Position numbers and translations under genes: made by a program. The notes under the pieces were generated by a model. The model ran no database searches, was not told where the DNA came from, and saw only the letters and a list, made by a program, of their open reading frames with translations. A stretch of DNA of 64,000 nt from an uncultured virus (IMG/VR IMGVR_UViG_3300006358_000001) (taxonomy: Duplodnaviria; Heunggongvirae; Uroviricota; Caudoviricetes): IMG/VR virus record IMGVR_UViG_3300006358_000001. The stretch is one strand, 5' to 3'. Below, piece by piece: positions 1 to 9,184 of this stretch (position 1 is the stretch's first letter; each line of letters begins with the position of its first letter).

Positions 1-199
1 TCGGTGCTGGTGATGTCCGACACGGGTAGCGTGTCGGTCACGTCGGAGCACACCGATTGGAATAGCCAGTATGCCTGCGAGCAAACGCTGCAGACAATCT
101 ACGTGGCTCCTCCACCGCAGGACCTTGGCGGTCACAAGGTAACGATGAGGATATCGGCACAGTGCGTGCCGGTAGCTCCGCAGTTCTACAGGTGAACCA

Positions 200-463
200 A
201 TGCAAGCAATGTCTCCACAGGAATACTTCAACGCCATCTCCGACATCGGCATGACGCAAGTCGGTGCCGCGCGGTTCTTCGGCATCGACGGTCGCACCAG
301 TCGCAAGTGGGTGGCTGGTACGAACGCGGTGCCGCCTGCGGTCTCGATGCTTCTGCGCGTGATGCTTCGCTACAATCTCACGCCGCTCCACGTGCAGAAT
401 ATTCCTCCACGTGAGGGACGGAAAGCCACCGTGGTCAAGAAGGTCGCTGTTGCATCTTCCTGA
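200..463 (+). CDS. Small HTH (XRE/Cro-like) DNA-binding protein
   Basis: GMTQVGAARFFGIDGRTSRKW has helix-turn-helix spacing. Confidence 0.65.
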   Translation: MQAMSPQEYFNAISDIGMTQVGAARFFGIDGRTSRKWVAGTNAVPPAVSMLLRVMLRYNLTPLHVQNIPPREGRKATVVKKVAVASS

Positions 464-523
464 CCACGTCGGTTATGGTCTGCCCGTCATCGGCACCTTT
501 GGCGGGTTGCTCCTAACCGAGAG

Positions 524-754
524 CTATGACAACGGAGAGGCGGAGTGCGCAAGCGCTTCGCCTCTTCGCATATCTCGAAGCTCCTCCAGCGTGAGGAGCA
601 CGGCGATCATCACGGTGGTCCGCCTGTCGGCTTCCCCAGCCGTCATCTTCCCCTGATCAATCATGCGGATGTAGGTCCGCTTGCGCATCTCGATCTCGCG
701 TTTAACTTCCGCGATCTGATCCTGCAGTGACGCACTGATCATCTTCCCCTCCAC
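524..754 (-). CDS. Hypothetical phage protein
   Basis: Helical ORF (QIAEVKREIEMRKRTY) at the end of the replication operon. Confidence 0.6.
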   Translation of the reverse strand: MEGKMISASLQDQIAEVKREIEMRKRTYIRMIDQGKMTAGEADRRTTVMIAVLLTLEELRDMRRGEALAHSASPLS

Positions 755-1464
755 ATTGATTCTGCCATCATCCTGTCCATCGATCTCAAGCGCTCAAAGA
801 TAACCAAGCCGCGCCCACGCCATCTCTCCAACCACGGCACGCCCGGCTGCTTCAGCGTCGGGTTGTCCCCATCTTCTTCGTTGACCATCACGTAGTTCAT
901 CCACACTCTCGCGATGCCCTTGGCCAGCGGTTCGGTGACCCGCAGGTTCGCCATCATGTGCTGTTCTGGCGTCCACGGATCGACCCACGGCGGTCGTGGA
1001 TCGGTCGGCTTTGCCTCGAACTGCTTCAGGTAATCGACGCGGCGCTGCGCGTCTCGCGCGTGGATGCGTCGGCGCGTCTCGTCGTCGAACAGTATTGCGG
1101 CTCGCTTGGCTTCTCGCTCAGCTTCGTATGCCTTTCGCCCTTCGCGCTCCCGCTTGTCGCGCTCCCTCATCTCCGCGTGGACCCTGCGAGCTTCCTTCAG
1201 TTGCAGATACACGCTTGGGAATTCGGAGTAGGTGCTTGCGCCATCAGGCTTGTGACTGTGCAGCGGCACCGGATCGTCCATCGTGTCGCGACGGTCTCCA
1301 TCAACAGGATGTAGCTGGATCGCTCGACCAGTCGCGATCTGTTCGCGCAGCGCGATGAGATCAATCTGATCATCGTCGAAGTCGCGGTCGATGATCTGGC
1401 TGTCGAAGAAGTGGCCAGCCACGTAGCTCGCGTAGGGAATGCTTCTGCGTCCTCGTCGCTTCAC
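739..1464 (-). CDS. Hypothetical protein
   Basis: Long ORF; its GTG start overlaps the stop of the upstream gene. Confidence 0.55.
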   Translation of the reverse strand: MKRRGRRSIPYASYVAGHFFDSQIIDRDFDDDQIDLIALREQIATGRAIQLHPVDGDRRDTMDDPVPLHSHKPDGASTYSEFPSVYLQLKEARRVHAEMRERDKREREGRKAYEAEREAKRAAILFDDETRRRIHARDAQRRVDYLKQFEAKPTDPRPPWVDPWTPEQHMMANLRVTEPLAKGIARVWMNYVMVNEEDGDNPTLKQPGVPWLERWRGRGLVIFERLRSMDRMMAESMWRGR

Positions 1465-1652
1465 ATCACTTCCCACTCGACACGCGTCACCCTTGCGCCT
1501 GATCTCGTTTCGGTGGTGACGCGAAAGACCTTGAGCTTCTCACCGTATGCAGCTTCCATCGCCTGTCGCTCGAACTCGATGTCCTCCGGCGTTGCCACGT
1601 GGAGAAACAACGAGCCCAGTGCGAGCACGTCGGCGGCGCGAGTATTGATCAT
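1461..1652 (-). CDS. Hypothetical protein
   Basis: ATGA coupling to the helicase stop codon. Confidence 0.5.
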   Translation of the reverse strand: MINTRAADVLALGSLFLHVATPEDIEFERQAMEAAYGEKLKVFRVTTETRSGARVTRVEWEVM

Positions 1653-3214
1653 GGCTTCATCCTTTCCAGATCGTATGGCGTTGGCTGGTACGGTCGGTCG
1701 CCACGCATGGACTTCGCGTATGCGATCTGTCGGCTCTTGATCCAGTCCAAGGTGGACGGCGGCACGAACATCGCCGGGCTGATTCCCTTGATGCTGTGAT
1801 CTGGCCAGACACCGAACTTCTCAAGGTACTTTCGCGCTGCCCAGCCTTCCTTGTAGCCGTGCTGCAACCCGTAGCGCTTCAACTCCGACAGGAATTCGGC
1901 CTTCGCTTCCATCGTCAGGAAGACGCGCGGCTGCTTCGGCTTCGGCTTCAACTCTCGAAGCTCGCCATTCTCCGGCTCGATCTTGCTCACCACCTTGGCG
2001 ACGAAGCCACACGCCGGGCACTGCGCCATCTTCGGCAGCTTCAGGTATCCGCAGCCCGGACACTCCTTCGGCAAGCGGATGCCGTCGGTGCGGTTCTCGT
2101 GACGCGGTGCTTTGCCGTCGTGGAGTCCGATGTAGCTCTCGTCAATGTCGGTGACGAAGCCCAGTCGTGAGTGATTGTCGGAGTGGTCGAGGACCAACAG
2201 GTGATCCTTACCCGGTGCCGTGCGAAGACCTCGCCCGATGATCTGCGTGAACAGCATGTCGCTCTTCGTCGGTCGGCACAGCGAGATGCAGCGCACATCC
2301 CAGTCGATGCCGGTGGTCAGCGTCTCGACGTTGCACACGACCTTGATGGTGCCGTTGTGGAAGTCGCGGCGCAGTCGAGCGCGGTCGCTGTCGCTCGTGC
2401 CGTGATCCTGATATCCAGCAGGCACGCCGTTCGCCTCGAACTGCAGCTTCAGCTTCATCGCGTGCGCACGATCCACCGCGTAGCACAGCGTCGGTCGGTT
2501 CTCGCCCAGTCGCAGCCACGTCGCCACGGTGTCGGCGACCAGCGGCTGCATCGCGTTGCTGAGTTCGGTCTCGTTGTAGTCGCCGCCAGTGATGCGCACG
2601 CCAGAGAGATCAGGATGATCCGGCGCATAGACCTTGAAGTCCGACAGGTTGCCAGCGTCGATCATCTCGCGGATCGTCGCTGCCTTGTGGAAGAAGTCAA
2701 ACCACGCGCCCATGCCCTTGCGCCACGGCGTCGCGCTGAGCCCGATCACCGGGACGTTCTCCCACTCAGGCACGCGGTTGTCTGGCGTGCCCAGCCACTT
2801 CTCATAGAAATTAAACCACGTGTGGCATTCGTCCATCAGCACGATGTCAACGGTCGGCATCGTCTTGCGCTTCATCAGCGTCTGCACGGAGCAAACCTGA
2901 ATCGGCATGTCCCAGTTCGTCATGTGATGGTTTGCTTGGATCACGCCAACTTCGAGGATGCCCTGCTTCGCGAACATGCTCACGGTCTGGTCGATCAGCG
3001 AGATCGCTGGTACTGTGAACATTACTTTCTTGTTGCGCTGCTGTGCGCTCTCGACCAGTGCCGATGCGAACACGGTCTTGCCCCAGCCGGTTGGTGCTTG
3101 CATGCACAGTCGCCGTTCGCCGGACCTGACTGCATCGCGCAACGTCTGCAATGCATTGTCTTGATCAGGTCGAAGCGTCTTCAATTCCGCACGCTCGTCG
3201 AACAGCGATGTCAT
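1649..3214 (-). CDS. SF2 DEAD/DEAH-box helicase with C-terminal Zn ribbon
   Basis: Motif I APTGWGKT, motif II DECH, motif III SATP, motif VI QIIGRGLR, and CPGC..CPAC; start coupled to the primase stop. Confidence 0.93.
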   Translation of the reverse strand: MTSLFDERAELKTLRPDQDNALQTLRDAVRSGERRLCMQAPTGWGKTVFASALVESAQQRNKKVMFTVPAISLIDQTVSMFAKQGILEVGVIQANHHMTNWDMPIQVCSVQTLMKRKTMPTVDIVLMDECHTWFNFYEKWLGTPDNRVPEWENVPVIGLSATPWRKGMGAWFDFFHKAATIREMIDAGNLSDFKVYAPDHPDLSGVRITGGDYNETELSNAMQPLVADTVATWLRLGENRPTLCYAVDRAHAMKLKLQFEANGVPAGYQDHGTSDSDRARLRRDFHNGTIKVVCNVETLTTGIDWDVRCISLCRPTKSDMLFTQIIGRGLRTAPGKDHLLVLDHSDNHSRLGFVTDIDESYIGLHDGKAPRHENRTDGIRLPKECPGCGYLKLPKMAQCPACGFVAKVVSKIEPENGELRELKPKPKQPRVFLTMEAKAEFLSELKRYGLQHGYKEGWAARKYLEKFGVWPDHSIKGISPAMFVPPSTLDWIKSRQIAYAKSMRGDRPYQPTPYDLERMKP

Positions 3215-4146
3215 CGCTTCCACCTCCCGGTTAACATGTCGAGCCAATCAAAGCTCACCACCGACGGGATCATGACGTGGACCCGTCGCTCGATCTTGTT
3301 CTTCTCAGCTTCCATCACCAGTCGCTTCGCTAGCGAGAACGCCGCAGCCTGCCCGGTGTAGTTCTCATCGTTGTCGGCATAGATCGCGATGTGCTTCGCT
3401 GTCGCTGGCGGTTGCCACTTCTCCAGCATCACCGCCGACGTCGTCGCCCACACCGGCATGCCGTGCATCACTGACGCGGCCAGCGCGGTCTCGATCCCTT
3501 CGGCGACGCCCATCGTCTCCGCCGCATCACCCAGTCGGATCGCGCCGCCCGCAGGCACGTTGCCCGGCATGAACATGCGCACCGGATCGACGTCGGCTTT
3601 GCTGCCGTCTTCGTTCAGGAAGGTTCGATGGATCGTCGCTGGCTTGCCGTGTTCGTCGGAGAACACCGCGATCATTCCCCACGTCACCGTGCTCGATGGC
3701 TTGTGGCGCAGCGTCGTCCAGCGCAGCGCCTTCGGCCACGGTCCCATCAGTCCACGCTTGCGCAGGTATCGAGCAGCGCAGTTGTCGCCACCGTTGAGCG
3801 GCTCGCTGCCAGCGTAGACGTTGCGCAGCGCTGTCGGGTTCGACTTGTTCGGTGTGAACTCCACTTGCTTCGGCGGCAGGTTGCCGATGATCCTGTCCAC
3901 CTCGCTGGCCGCTCGCTTGTAGTCCCAGCCGTTGATCTCCATCAGGAGCTTCATGCCCATGCCAGCGCCGCACTGGCTGCAGTAGAAGTCGCCCTTGCGA
4001 TTGCGGTCGGTGAAGCGGAAGCGATCAGTGCCACCGCACATCGGGCATGGCTGGTGCTTGCCCGACAGGATTGCTGTCGATACGCCAAGCGCTGGAAGTA
4101 TCTCGCGCCATCGGCCTATCGCTGCGTCGAAGGTGTCGATCTTCAT
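3211..4146 (-). CDS. DNA primase (P4-alpha-like Zn-binding domain + TOPRIM)
   Basis: HQPCPMCGGTDRFRF..YCSQCG; TOPRIM motifs AEGIETALA and ADND. Confidence 0.9.
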   Translation of the reverse strand: MKIDTFDAAIGRWREILPALGVSTAILSGKHQPCPMCGGTDRFRFTDRNRKGDFYCSQCGAGMGMKLLMEINGWDYKRAASEVDRIIGNLPPKQVEFTPNKSNPTALRNVYAGSEPLNGGDNCAARYLRKRGLMGPWPKALRWTTLRHKPSSTVTWGMIAVFSDEHGKPATIHRTFLNEDGSKADVDPVRMFMPGNVPAGGAIRLGDAAETMGVAEGIETALAASVMHGMPVWATTSAVMLEKWQPPATAKHIAIYADNDENYTGQAAAFSLAKRLVMEAEKNKIERRVHVMIPSVVSFDWLDMLTGRWKR

Positions 4147-4376
4147 TGATCGTTCTCCACCGCTCGCTCGTACAGGAATGCCTGAAGCGTGGAGACGAAC
4201 GACGCTGCTGTTTGCATTGGGATCGCGACGTCGCAGATGTCGATGCCTTCCTTGTCGAACGCGACGAGGTGCGGACCGCATCCCGGTCTGTTGCGGCATC
4301 GGCATCGGGCCAAGCGGAAGCCGTGCGCCTTCGGCGTGTTCGGCATGGCGCTGCCTAACTTTCGTTTCAGCACCAT
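4143..4376 (-). CDS. Small Cys/His protein, paralog of 12119..12334
   Basis: KAHGF...CGPHLVAFD...ICD(V/I)AIP is shared with the 12119 ORF. Confidence 0.7.
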   Translation of the reverse strand: MVLKRKLGSAMPNTPKAHGFRLARCRCRNRPGCGPHLVAFDKEGIDICDVAIPMQTAASFVSTLQAFLYERAVENDQ

Positions 4377-4585
4377 CACGCATGCCCCTGTACGTTGCAG
4401 GTCACCGTGAACTGGTACGGTCCGTTGCTCTCGTGATCCCAACTCGCGCTGCTGATGTACTCAGAACACTCGATGCACCAGTAGAGTTCTGTCGCCACGC
4501 CGTTGAATGACGAGTGACAGTTGTGCAGAGGCGGTCCGTAGATCAGCACGCCGCCGCACTCGCTGCATTGATTTGGATCGCTCAT
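4376..4585 (-). CDS. Small Zn-ribbon protein
   Basis: CSECGG and CIECS motifs; coupled to both neighbours. Confidence 0.55.
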   Translation of the reverse strand: MSDPNQCSECGGVLIYGPPLHNCHSSFNGVATELYWCIECSEYISSASWDHESNGPYQFTVTCNVQGHA

Positions 4586-4785
4586 CGCTTGCTCCTCTTC
4601 TTGAGACTGGCGTCCAGCTTCTGATTCTTCAGCCACTGAGCCTCCTCCCGACGCGCTCGCTCATCAAGGGAGTCGCGCGGCTTGTCAGCGACGACGTGTC
4701 CATTGTCGAACACTTTGCCGGGTTGATACTTCTCCTCGTAGGCCTTGAATTTGCGCGTCTTGCGCCAGTCCATCCGCTTCGGCAT
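4582..4785 (-). CDS. Small basic hypothetical protein
   Basis: GGAG-type RBS upstream; stop overlaps the next ATG. Confidence 0.55.
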   Translation of the reverse strand: MPKRMDWRKTRKFKAYEEKYQPGKVFDNGHVVADKPRDSLDERARREEAQWLKNQKLDASLKKRSKR

Positions 4786-5154
4786 CTGTTGCTCCGTTTC
4801 CGAATTTGGTCACACCTCTCCACTTTCCTCCAAGGATAACCTGCAGGGTGTATCCCGGCAGGTCGGTCCCGAAGTACTCGTTGTCCTCGCTTGGTTCAGC
4901 CGTCCCAAAGTGGACAAAGGGCCAGCCCAATAGCTGACGTTCCCCACGGCTCAGGGCAGTACGATCACGACCGGGCTGTGTATGGGACCGGGAGCCTCCG
5001 AGCGGACATCCCACAGCAACGGGTTCTTGGCCGATGTGATCGACCGATGGCACTTGCTGGCATTTGGGGAGTTGATGTTCGCGTCGGATCAGATTAAATC
5101 TGGACGCAAGTCATCGACTGCCTTGGCGCAAACAAGGTCGTCGGCTTAACGAGG

Positions 5155-5183
5155 GGCCACCGTTTGCAGCGGTGGCCTTTCTC
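5155..5183 (+). terminator. Putative intrinsic terminator hairpin
   Basis: GGCCACCG-tttgcag-CGGTGGCC followed by TTTCTC. Confidence 0.45.
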
Positions 5184-5387
5184 GTTTCTAGGGTCTCGAC
5201 ACTGGTCGATCTCCTGCGGCGGCGTCAAACAGTTTCAGCATTTCACCTTCGAGAAATATTTGCGGTCGTAATTGAGACAGTCGGTTGACTCCGGATGTCG
5301 CGTGATTCGGTTCGAGCTATCCACAAGATATTGATTGATCTCTCCACGTGAGCGATTGAATTCGATCTCTCACGGTGAGCGCTGGAA

Positions 5388-6503
5388 TTATTTGTCGTGG
5401 TGCACCTCGTAGTCGTGCGTCACGAAGCCGATGGACGAATCACCTCGCTGGTGTTCGGCGATCCAGAGCTTCCGGCCACGGCACCGCGTGCACGTCAAAT
5501 CCTCAGCGAACACGTGCTCGCACAATGGGTGCAGCGGGTTGCGCCAGTCCACGCGCCAGTGCCCGCGCACCTGATGCGCTCGCCGACGCAACAGCGCGTC
5601 GGTCTTCGCGATCAGCGTTCGCCACTGCGTCTCCGGCACGGTGAGGTGAACGATGGAGTGCTTCAGGAATTTCTTGTAGCTGCCTCGCGCGACGAAGCCG
5701 CGACTGGGCTCGACGTGCTCGACGTTCACCGGCAAGTCGTTGATCATTGAGAGCATCATCCACACCGCGCGGCCTTGCGCTCGCATGCTCCAGATCGAGC
5801 GCGGTGTATGGTCCGGCTTGAAGAAGGGGCGCAGGTCAGCGCTCAGACCATCGACGATCCTGATCTGGTCGTTGCGATAGCCAGTCATGCCGCCCAGCAA
5901 TTCGCTGTCCTGCCAGACATAGTCGTCAGGCGCAGGGTTCTCCGATTTGATCGGCTGCTTCGCAAGGTTGTTGTTCGCGTCATCCTGCGCTGCCGTCATC
6001 CACTCGTCGGGAATGTTCGAGCGCCGCCACGGCACCACCGTGGTGTCGTCAGCGCACCACGCCATGTTGAAGATGTTCAGCTTGAGATCGTCTTCGTCAT
6101 CATGCATCGCATACTTCGCGCAATGGAATGCGGTCTCGATATTCGGATGCTGTTGGATCAGCCAGCCCTGACGCATCGCGGTCTTCATGCCGGGCTTTAA
6201 CTGGAGACCGTGCCGCTCCATTGTCCGCGCTCGATACGGTCGCGGGTCATGCTCGATCCACGTCAGCGCGTGCGGCAGGCGCGACAGCAGGCGCATGTTG
6301 TTCAGCATCATCATCCGTCGGCGATACGATCCCTTGCCGATGATCGCCATCTCTGCGTCGGCCCAGTAGCGACTCATCGCATCGTCGATGACGAACTTCC
6401 TCGCTGGCAGCATGGCACGGCATGCCTTCGCCAGCGACGGGTTCAGCTTTGGTCGCATCGAGAACGCGACGAATGCGTCGGCGAGTGTCGGTGGGTTCTT
6501 CAC
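5388..6503 (-). CDS. Hypothetical phage protein with C-terminal HxVRGHWR motif
   Basis: 371-aa ORF ending RRAHQVRGHWR...CTRC...WIAEHQRGD. Confidence 0.75.
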   Translation of the reverse strand: MKNPPTLADAFVAFSMRPKLNPSLAKACRAMLPARKFVIDDAMSRYWADAEMAIIGKGSYRRRMMMLNNMRLLSRLPHALTWIEHDPRPYRARTMERHGLQLKPGMKTAMRQGWLIQQHPNIETAFHCAKYAMHDDEDDLKLNIFNMAWCADDTTVVPWRRSNIPDEWMTAAQDDANNNLAKQPIKSENPAPDDYVWQDSELLGGMTGYRNDQIRIVDGLSADLRPFFKPDHTPRSIWSMRAQGRAVWMMLSMINDLPVNVEHVEPSRGFVARGSYKKFLKHSIVHLTVPETQWRTLIAKTDALLRRRAHQVRGHWRVDWRNPLHPLCEHVFAEDLTCTRCRGRKLWIAEHQRGDSSIGFVTHDYEVHHDK

Positions 6504-7009
6504 CTCGCCACCTCAAACTGGATCAGCTTATGCTGCGGCACCCACCAGCTATCGCCTCTCCAGAATTCATTCGGCGAACCGTCGGCCTTCTCGCGCTTCG
6601 CGTCGGCGACATCAAACCACCCTCGCAGTGTGCCGGTCATGTAGTCCAGCGTCACCAGTGCGGCACGATCTCCGGTGTCCTTCGGCCTGATGATGAGATG
6701 ACCGCGCGGATGATAGGTGCCGCGCACGTGCCACGTGCCAACGTCAGGCAGCTTGAACGTGTTCACCGTCTCCGCCCAGTAGAGCCCGTTGATCTTGGCG
6801 AAGCACTTCTCCGCGATGGCTCCGCAGATGTCTATGTCCCAGTCGCTCTGATCGCTGAAGCGAGTGTTCTGAATCTTGTCGTTGCGCATGCTGGCGATGC
6901 GCCGCGATATCCCGGCGACGCACGCGGTGAACATCTCAGGAAACGCCAGCGCTGCTGTGAGTGTACCTACCTTGGGGATCGTAAGTTCATGTTGCTCCGT
7001 CGAACTCAA
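6500..7009 (-). CDS. Hypothetical protein, possible PD-(D/E)XK nuclease-like fold
   Basis: GAIAE...PDV...VR...LIIRP...GW pattern; TTG start after a GAGGAG RBS. Confidence 0.55.
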   Translation of the reverse strand: MSSTEQHELTIPKVGTLTAALAFPEMFTACVAGISRRIASMRNDKIQNTRFSDQSDWDIDICGAIAEKCFAKINGLYWAETVNTFKLPDVGTWHVRGTYHPRGHLIIRPKDTGDRAALVTLDYMTGTLRGWFDVADAKREKADGSPNEFWRGDSWWVPQHKLIQFEVAR

Positions 7010-7545
7010 TCTCTTCTCCTCTTCTGAAACAGCGGTGATGTCCTCACTCCAACTTCTGGGTCGAGGAACGAGCACTGGAAATTCCACAACGCACACGCGT
7101 CGGCCTCGTCGTGCGTGCTCACCATCCAGCCAAGCTGGCGGCAGCGCTCGACCGTCGCTGGCTTTGCGATTGCGCTCTTCATGTTCTGACCAAGGAAGTG
7201 CGAGCGCACCTGCGCTGTCGTCGCCTCGCGTAGCTCGAACTTGTTGTGCGCCCATTCTTCCAGATGTTCGGCGAGACCGATCAGCATCTTGATCGTCTCG
7301 ATGTTAGTCTTGCCGCCCATGAATTGGACGTTCGCCGACTCGTACACGATCAGATCAGGCTGCGCGTCGCGCACATTCCACTTCCCTTCGAGCCACGCGC
7401 GGAAGCTGCGATAGGCTTGAGCACGTGAGCCGCCCGGCTTGATGAAGCGGATGCTTCCGAACGTCGGGACGCCACGAGGTGGGCCATAGGCCCATCCCGT
7501 AGTCGTCGCGAGATCAAGAGCGAGTACGTTGCCCTTGAAGGTCAT
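7006..7545 (-). CDS. RuvC-like Holliday junction resolvase
   Basis: LALDLATTTGWA, IVYES and HDEADA acidic triad. Confidence 0.8.
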   Translation of the reverse strand: MTFKGNVLALDLATTTGWAYGPPRGVPTFGSIRFIKPGGSRAQAYRSFRAWLEGKWNVRDAQPDLIVYESANVQFMGGKTNIETIKMLIGLAEHLEEWAHNKFELREATTAQVRSHFLGQNMKSAIAKPATVERCRQLGWMVSTHDEADACALWNFQCSFLDPEVGVRTSPLFQKRRRD

Positions 7546-8204
7546 GCGAAACGGAAGGCGTGTTTGCCTTCTGCACGGCGGCGCTTCAGCATGGTCAAGC
7601 CACCGATGCCGAAGAAGCCAGCGATCATCATCGCCCACGTCGATGCTTCCGGTACAGCCTGTGCAATCGGCACGACGCCAACGTCGAGGCGGTAGTGCTC
7701 GAAGTTGGTGATGGTGCCGCCCTGATCAAGCAACGTCAGGCGCGTCATCACCTCGCCATCGCTGGCGCGGAACGTGAAGCCGTTCTGACCATTCTTCAAC
7801 GCGCCAAGGTCGAAGCTGAAGAGAGGCTCTTCAACGCCGAACTTATCGACGGCACGCACGAACGCGAACAGATTGCCGTCACCAGTCACGGAGAAGACCT
7901 GCGTGGTGGTGCCGATCAGAAACGAGTTGGTCTGATCGTGCGCCTCGATCTGAAGATTGTTCGTGCCGTTGATCTTGATGTCGTTGCCGTTCGATGCAGC
8001 TTGGAAGGTGTTCACATCGAGCGCCCTGAACTCGATGATGCCTTGATGCTGGCCGTTCAAGCTACCAAGCGCCACGTTGCCGCTCAGTGAATTGAAGATC
8101 ACGTTGTCGCCCGTGCCACTCAGATTGGACTCGAACGTGATCGAAGCGCTGGCAGGCAATGTCAACGCAGCCAGCGCAGTGCAGGCTAATAGAAACTTTC
8201 TCAT
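7542..8204 (-). CDS. Secreted PEP-CTERM (PEPxxWA-CTERM) sorting-domain protein
   Basis: Signal peptide MRKFLLACTALAALTLPASA; C-terminal VPEASTWAMMIAGFFGIGGLTMLKRRR; GAGGAGG RBS. Confidence 0.9.
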   Translation of the reverse strand: MRKFLLACTALAALTLPASASITFESNLSGTGDNVIFNSLSGNVALGSLNGQHQGIIEFRALDVNTFQAASNGNDIKINGTNNLQIEAHDQTNSFLIGTTTQVFSVTGDGNLFAFVRAVDKFGVEEPLFSFDLGALKNGQNGFTFRASDGEVMTRLTLLDQGGTITNFEHYRLDVGVVPIAQAVPEASTWAMMIAGFFGIGGLTMLKRRRAEGKHAFRFA

Positions 8205-8269
8205 ATAAATCCTCCTCGTAAGATGCGGTGTCGCATCGTGGAGCGCAGTCACCTGCGCTCGTCGATGCG

Positions 8270-9184
8270 TCAGCGTGCGACCTTTGCCAACGCGAGATCG
8301 CGCAACAGGTACGGCGACTTCATGATCGGGTCGCGCTCCTTGACGAGCCACGCTGGCGGTCGTCTTGGATCAGGACTTCCGAGCCGATCCTCCGTCGCCG
8401 CCTCGTGCCCCCAGCACCAGCCGACGATCCGATAGTGCGGATGCTTCTCGCCGCATACAAGCAGATAAGCATTCTCGCGACGGAAGTTCTTCTCCGGGCG
8501 GATCAGTAGCTCACGATCCGACTTTGGCCGATGCTTTACATCGATGAAGTCGGAGAAGTCGATCCGTTGCGAGCCGTCGGTGACTGACTGATTGATTGAC
8601 CACGGCACGCTCGTCCCAAAGAACAGCCGCGCCGCCGCCTCTGCACGATAGCCGTCGCGCTTGTGCCGCCAGATATTCTCTGGCGAGCGACCTTCGTTGT
8701 CCGCTCCGACATCCGCCGCGATCTTCCTTCGCTTCTCCGCGATGCGGTCAACGTAGTCGATCATCTCCGGCGTCAGCGTGAACCAGATTTCACCTACCGG
8801 CCACGACCGCTGCGCTTCGCCATCTTCTTGACGACCTTGGCCACGACCTTCGCGACCTTGCCCTGCTTGTCGATCAGCGCCTTGTTCTTCTCGACGCGGG
8901 CCTCGCGCATCTCGCGAAGCTGTTGCTCGCGCGGACCCATACCGCCCTTCTTGCTGTCGCTTGGCTTCTTGCTTTGCATCTTCCTTCTCCTGTTCTCTCG
9001 CGTAGTAGATTTCACACCATGTATCGATATCGGCTTGCGTGTAGCCGTGCTGATTCATCTGCCCCCAGAACACTTCCTTCGTGATGTTGTTGAGTCCGTA
9101 CTGCAGAAGCAGATTGTTCAGCGTCTCGTACTTCTTCTCCGCCTCCTTCGCTGCGTTCTTCGGGTTCTTCCACTTCACTGCCAT
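8270..9184 (-). CDS. Hypothetical protein; C-terminal half resembles 6500..7009
   Basis: GYRAE...IDF...IDVK...LLIRP...VGW in the C-terminal half; ATG coupled to the MT-A70 stop. Confidence 0.6.
   Translation of the reverse strand: MAVKWKNPKNAAKEAEKKYETLNNLLLQYGLNNITKEVFWGQMNQHGYTQADIDTWCEIYYAREQEKEDAKQEAKRQQEGRYGSARATASRDARGPRREEQGADRQAGQGREGRGQGRQEDGEAQRSWPVGEIWFTLTPEMIDYVDRIAEKRRKIAADVGADNEGRSPENIWRHKRDGYRAEAAARLFFGTSVPWSINQSVTDGSQRIDFSDFIDVKHRPKSDRELLIRPEKNFRRENAYLLVCGEKHPHYRIVGWCWGHEAATEDRLGSPDPRRPPAWLVKERDPIMKSPYLLRDLALAKVAR
8794..8979 (-). CDS. Nested small Lys/Arg-rich protein (alternative frame)
   Basis: AGGAGAAGGAAG directly before the ATG; protein-like sequence MGPREQQLREMREARVEKNK. 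Confidence 0.5.
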   Translation of the reverse strand: MQSKKPSDSKKGGMGPREQQLREMREARVEKNKALIDKQGKVAKVVAKVVKKMAKRSGRGR

